Both the position numbers and the translations under genes were made by a program. A stretch of DNA of 64,000 nt from Takakia lepidozioides (Eukaryota; Plantae; Bryophyta). This document shows positions 62,335-64,000 of the stretch, one piece after another (within the stretch, counting starts at the first letter, position 1; each line of letters opens with the position of its first letter). The notes beneath the pieces are model-generated. The model had not been told where the DNA came from and made no database searches. It worked only from the letters and a program-made list of their open reading frames with translations. The stretch lies in contig CM060734.1 in NCBI GenBank assembly GCA_030704615.1, positions 19,840,001-19,904,000 of the forward strand. The letters run 5' to 3'.

Positions 62335-63480
62335 CAATGGGTGAACCAATCATTCCCCTGCCAAATGATTTTAGATTGATTTGAAACTTTGGGACTCGGG
62401 AGTGTCTTGTACATGCCCTCTTTAAATTACTGGACAAGCATTTTATTTAGTAAAAATCCAGTTCAATTCAAAATTGGATGAAAGGGTGAACGGAAACTTC
62501 CCCGATGAAATGATATTTTATTGCTCCGAAACTTTGCAAGTGTCTTCTACATGCCCTCTTACACGTCTTTGAGAAGTATGACATCAATCTAAAATGGTTT
62601 AAAGGGTGAACCAATCGTCCCCCTACCAAATGATTTTAAATTGATTTGAAACTTTGCAAGTGTCTTGTACATGCCCTCTTACAGGTCTTTCACAAGTTTC
62701 AAGTCAATCTAAAATGGTTGAAAGGGTGAATCAATCATGAACATATCAAATGATTTTTTAGTGCTTTAAAGCTTTGCAAGTGTCTTTCACATGCCATTTT
62801 AAAGGTACCGGACAAGTACGAGGTCAGTAAAATATGGTTGAAAGGGTGAACCAATTGTTCCCCTATCAAATGATTTTACATTGCTTTGAAGCTTTGCAAG
62901 TGCCCTCTTACAAGTACCGGACAAGTATGACCTGAATAAAAAAATGGTTGAAAGGGTGAACTAATCATTCCGCTATCAAATGATTTTATACTGTTTTGGA
63001 TGTCATTGCTTTGGTAATTCTAGCCCCCCAATGGCCCATTCTAACCCTTGAATTACAATTCAAAATGCAATTCAAGCCCTTAAATTGGTAATGCCAGTCC
63101 CTAAAATGACCAACCCCGGCCACCCCTCAAATTGTAATTTGAGCCCTTGAAATTGTCAATTCCAACCCCTCGAATTGCAATTGAAGCCCCTGAAATTTAA
63201 TTCCAACCCCTCAAATTGCATTTCTAGCCCCTGAAATGGCAATTTCTGCCCCTCAAATTGCAATTGTAGCCTGTGAAATGGCAATTGCTAGTGCAGCCCC
63301 TGAAATTGGCAATTGAAGCCCCAAAAATTGGCTATGGGTGAACCAATCATTCCCCTGCCAAATGATTTTGGATTGATTTAAAACTTTGCGAGTGTCTTGT
63401 ACATGCCCTCTTAAACTTACTGGACAAGTATGATGTCAATGTAAAATGGTTCAAAGGGTGAACCAACAGTTCCCATGTTG
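62335..63480. repeat. 120-bp tandem repeat family, interrupted by a ~21-bp minisatellite (63040-63330)
   Basis: gggtgaa at 62339, 62484, 62604, 62724, 62844, 62954, 63336 and 63456. ccctgaaattg/cccctcaaattg-type short units lie between 63040 and 63330. Confidence 0.9.
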
Positions 63481-63499
63481 GATGATTCATGAGTAATCG

Positions 63500-63895
63500 T
63501 TAACGATTGATCTCATATTACACTGGGACCTATCAGAGGGTACATTGAACACACTGGCCAAGTTTCAAAGCGAACGAAAATTGTTTGAATGGGCAATCAT
63601 CCGTTGGCCCATTGAACGAATTTCAATTGATCTCATATTACTCTGGGGCCTCTTCCATGGTACATTGAACAAACTGGCTAAGTCTCAAAGCGAACCAAAA
63701 TCATTTCGATGGCCAACCATCTGTTGAGCCATCGAATGAATTTCGATTGATCTGATATTAGTCCGGGACCTGTGAGAGGGTATCTCAAACGTAGTGGCAA
63801 AGTTTGAAGCAAACAAAAATGATTTGGATGCGCAACCATCCGTTCACCCATTGAATATATTCTATTGGATCTGTTATTACCTTGGGACCTGTTGG
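63500..63895. repeat. Second 120-bp tandem repeat family (~3.3 copies)
   Basis: ttgatct.atatta...gggacct at 63507, 63627, 63747 and ~63866. Confidence 0.85.
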
Positions 63896-64000
63896 ACTGC
63901 GTTTCGCGTGCTCATGTTTTTTTTTTCATTCTGTTTTTGAATGAGGTGTGTAATGACTCCATATGCAACGTGGGTGCCAAATTTGGGAGCGATCAAAATT

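Overview
Eukaryotic, intron-containing plant DNA. A bryophyte (moss-like) source is my inference, from the intronless PAL genes, the PLS-type PPR fragments and the style of the transposons. Host genes: a 4-exon ML-domain (MD-2/NPC2-like) lipid-binding gene (10179-12672, +), a 15-exon TMEM8/PGAP6-like CREST membrane protein gene (15977-25164, +), and a head-to-head PAL pair with one intact copy (+) and one frameshifted copy (-). There is also an SDR pseudogene. The rest is nested transposons. (1) 1-7.4 kb: a degenerate element carrying a Ulp1-protease-like gene. (2) A foldback element at 13926-15144. (3) A 22.6-kb hAT element (36445-59055; 16-bp TIRs, perfect 8-bp TSD GTTTGAAC). Its transposase was split by a CACTA insertion (TSD AAG) and one half was then inverted. 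(4) Nested in the hAT, a ~13-kb Mutator-like element. It has an apparently intact GCM-like/DDE/SWIM transposase and a divergent 9-exon gene fusing a ParB/Srx-like domain to a prokaryote-type beta-class N4/N6 DNA methyltransferase fold. The predicted first intron of that gene holds 25 tandem 116-bp units, each with an 18-bp-stem palindrome. This transposase + ParB-MTase + palindrome-array cassette is the best candidate for an undescribed system. (5) At the right end, an intronless atypical kinase pseudogene between hairpin and 120-bp arrays. All calls are by-eye motif and splice-site reading; no database searches were run.
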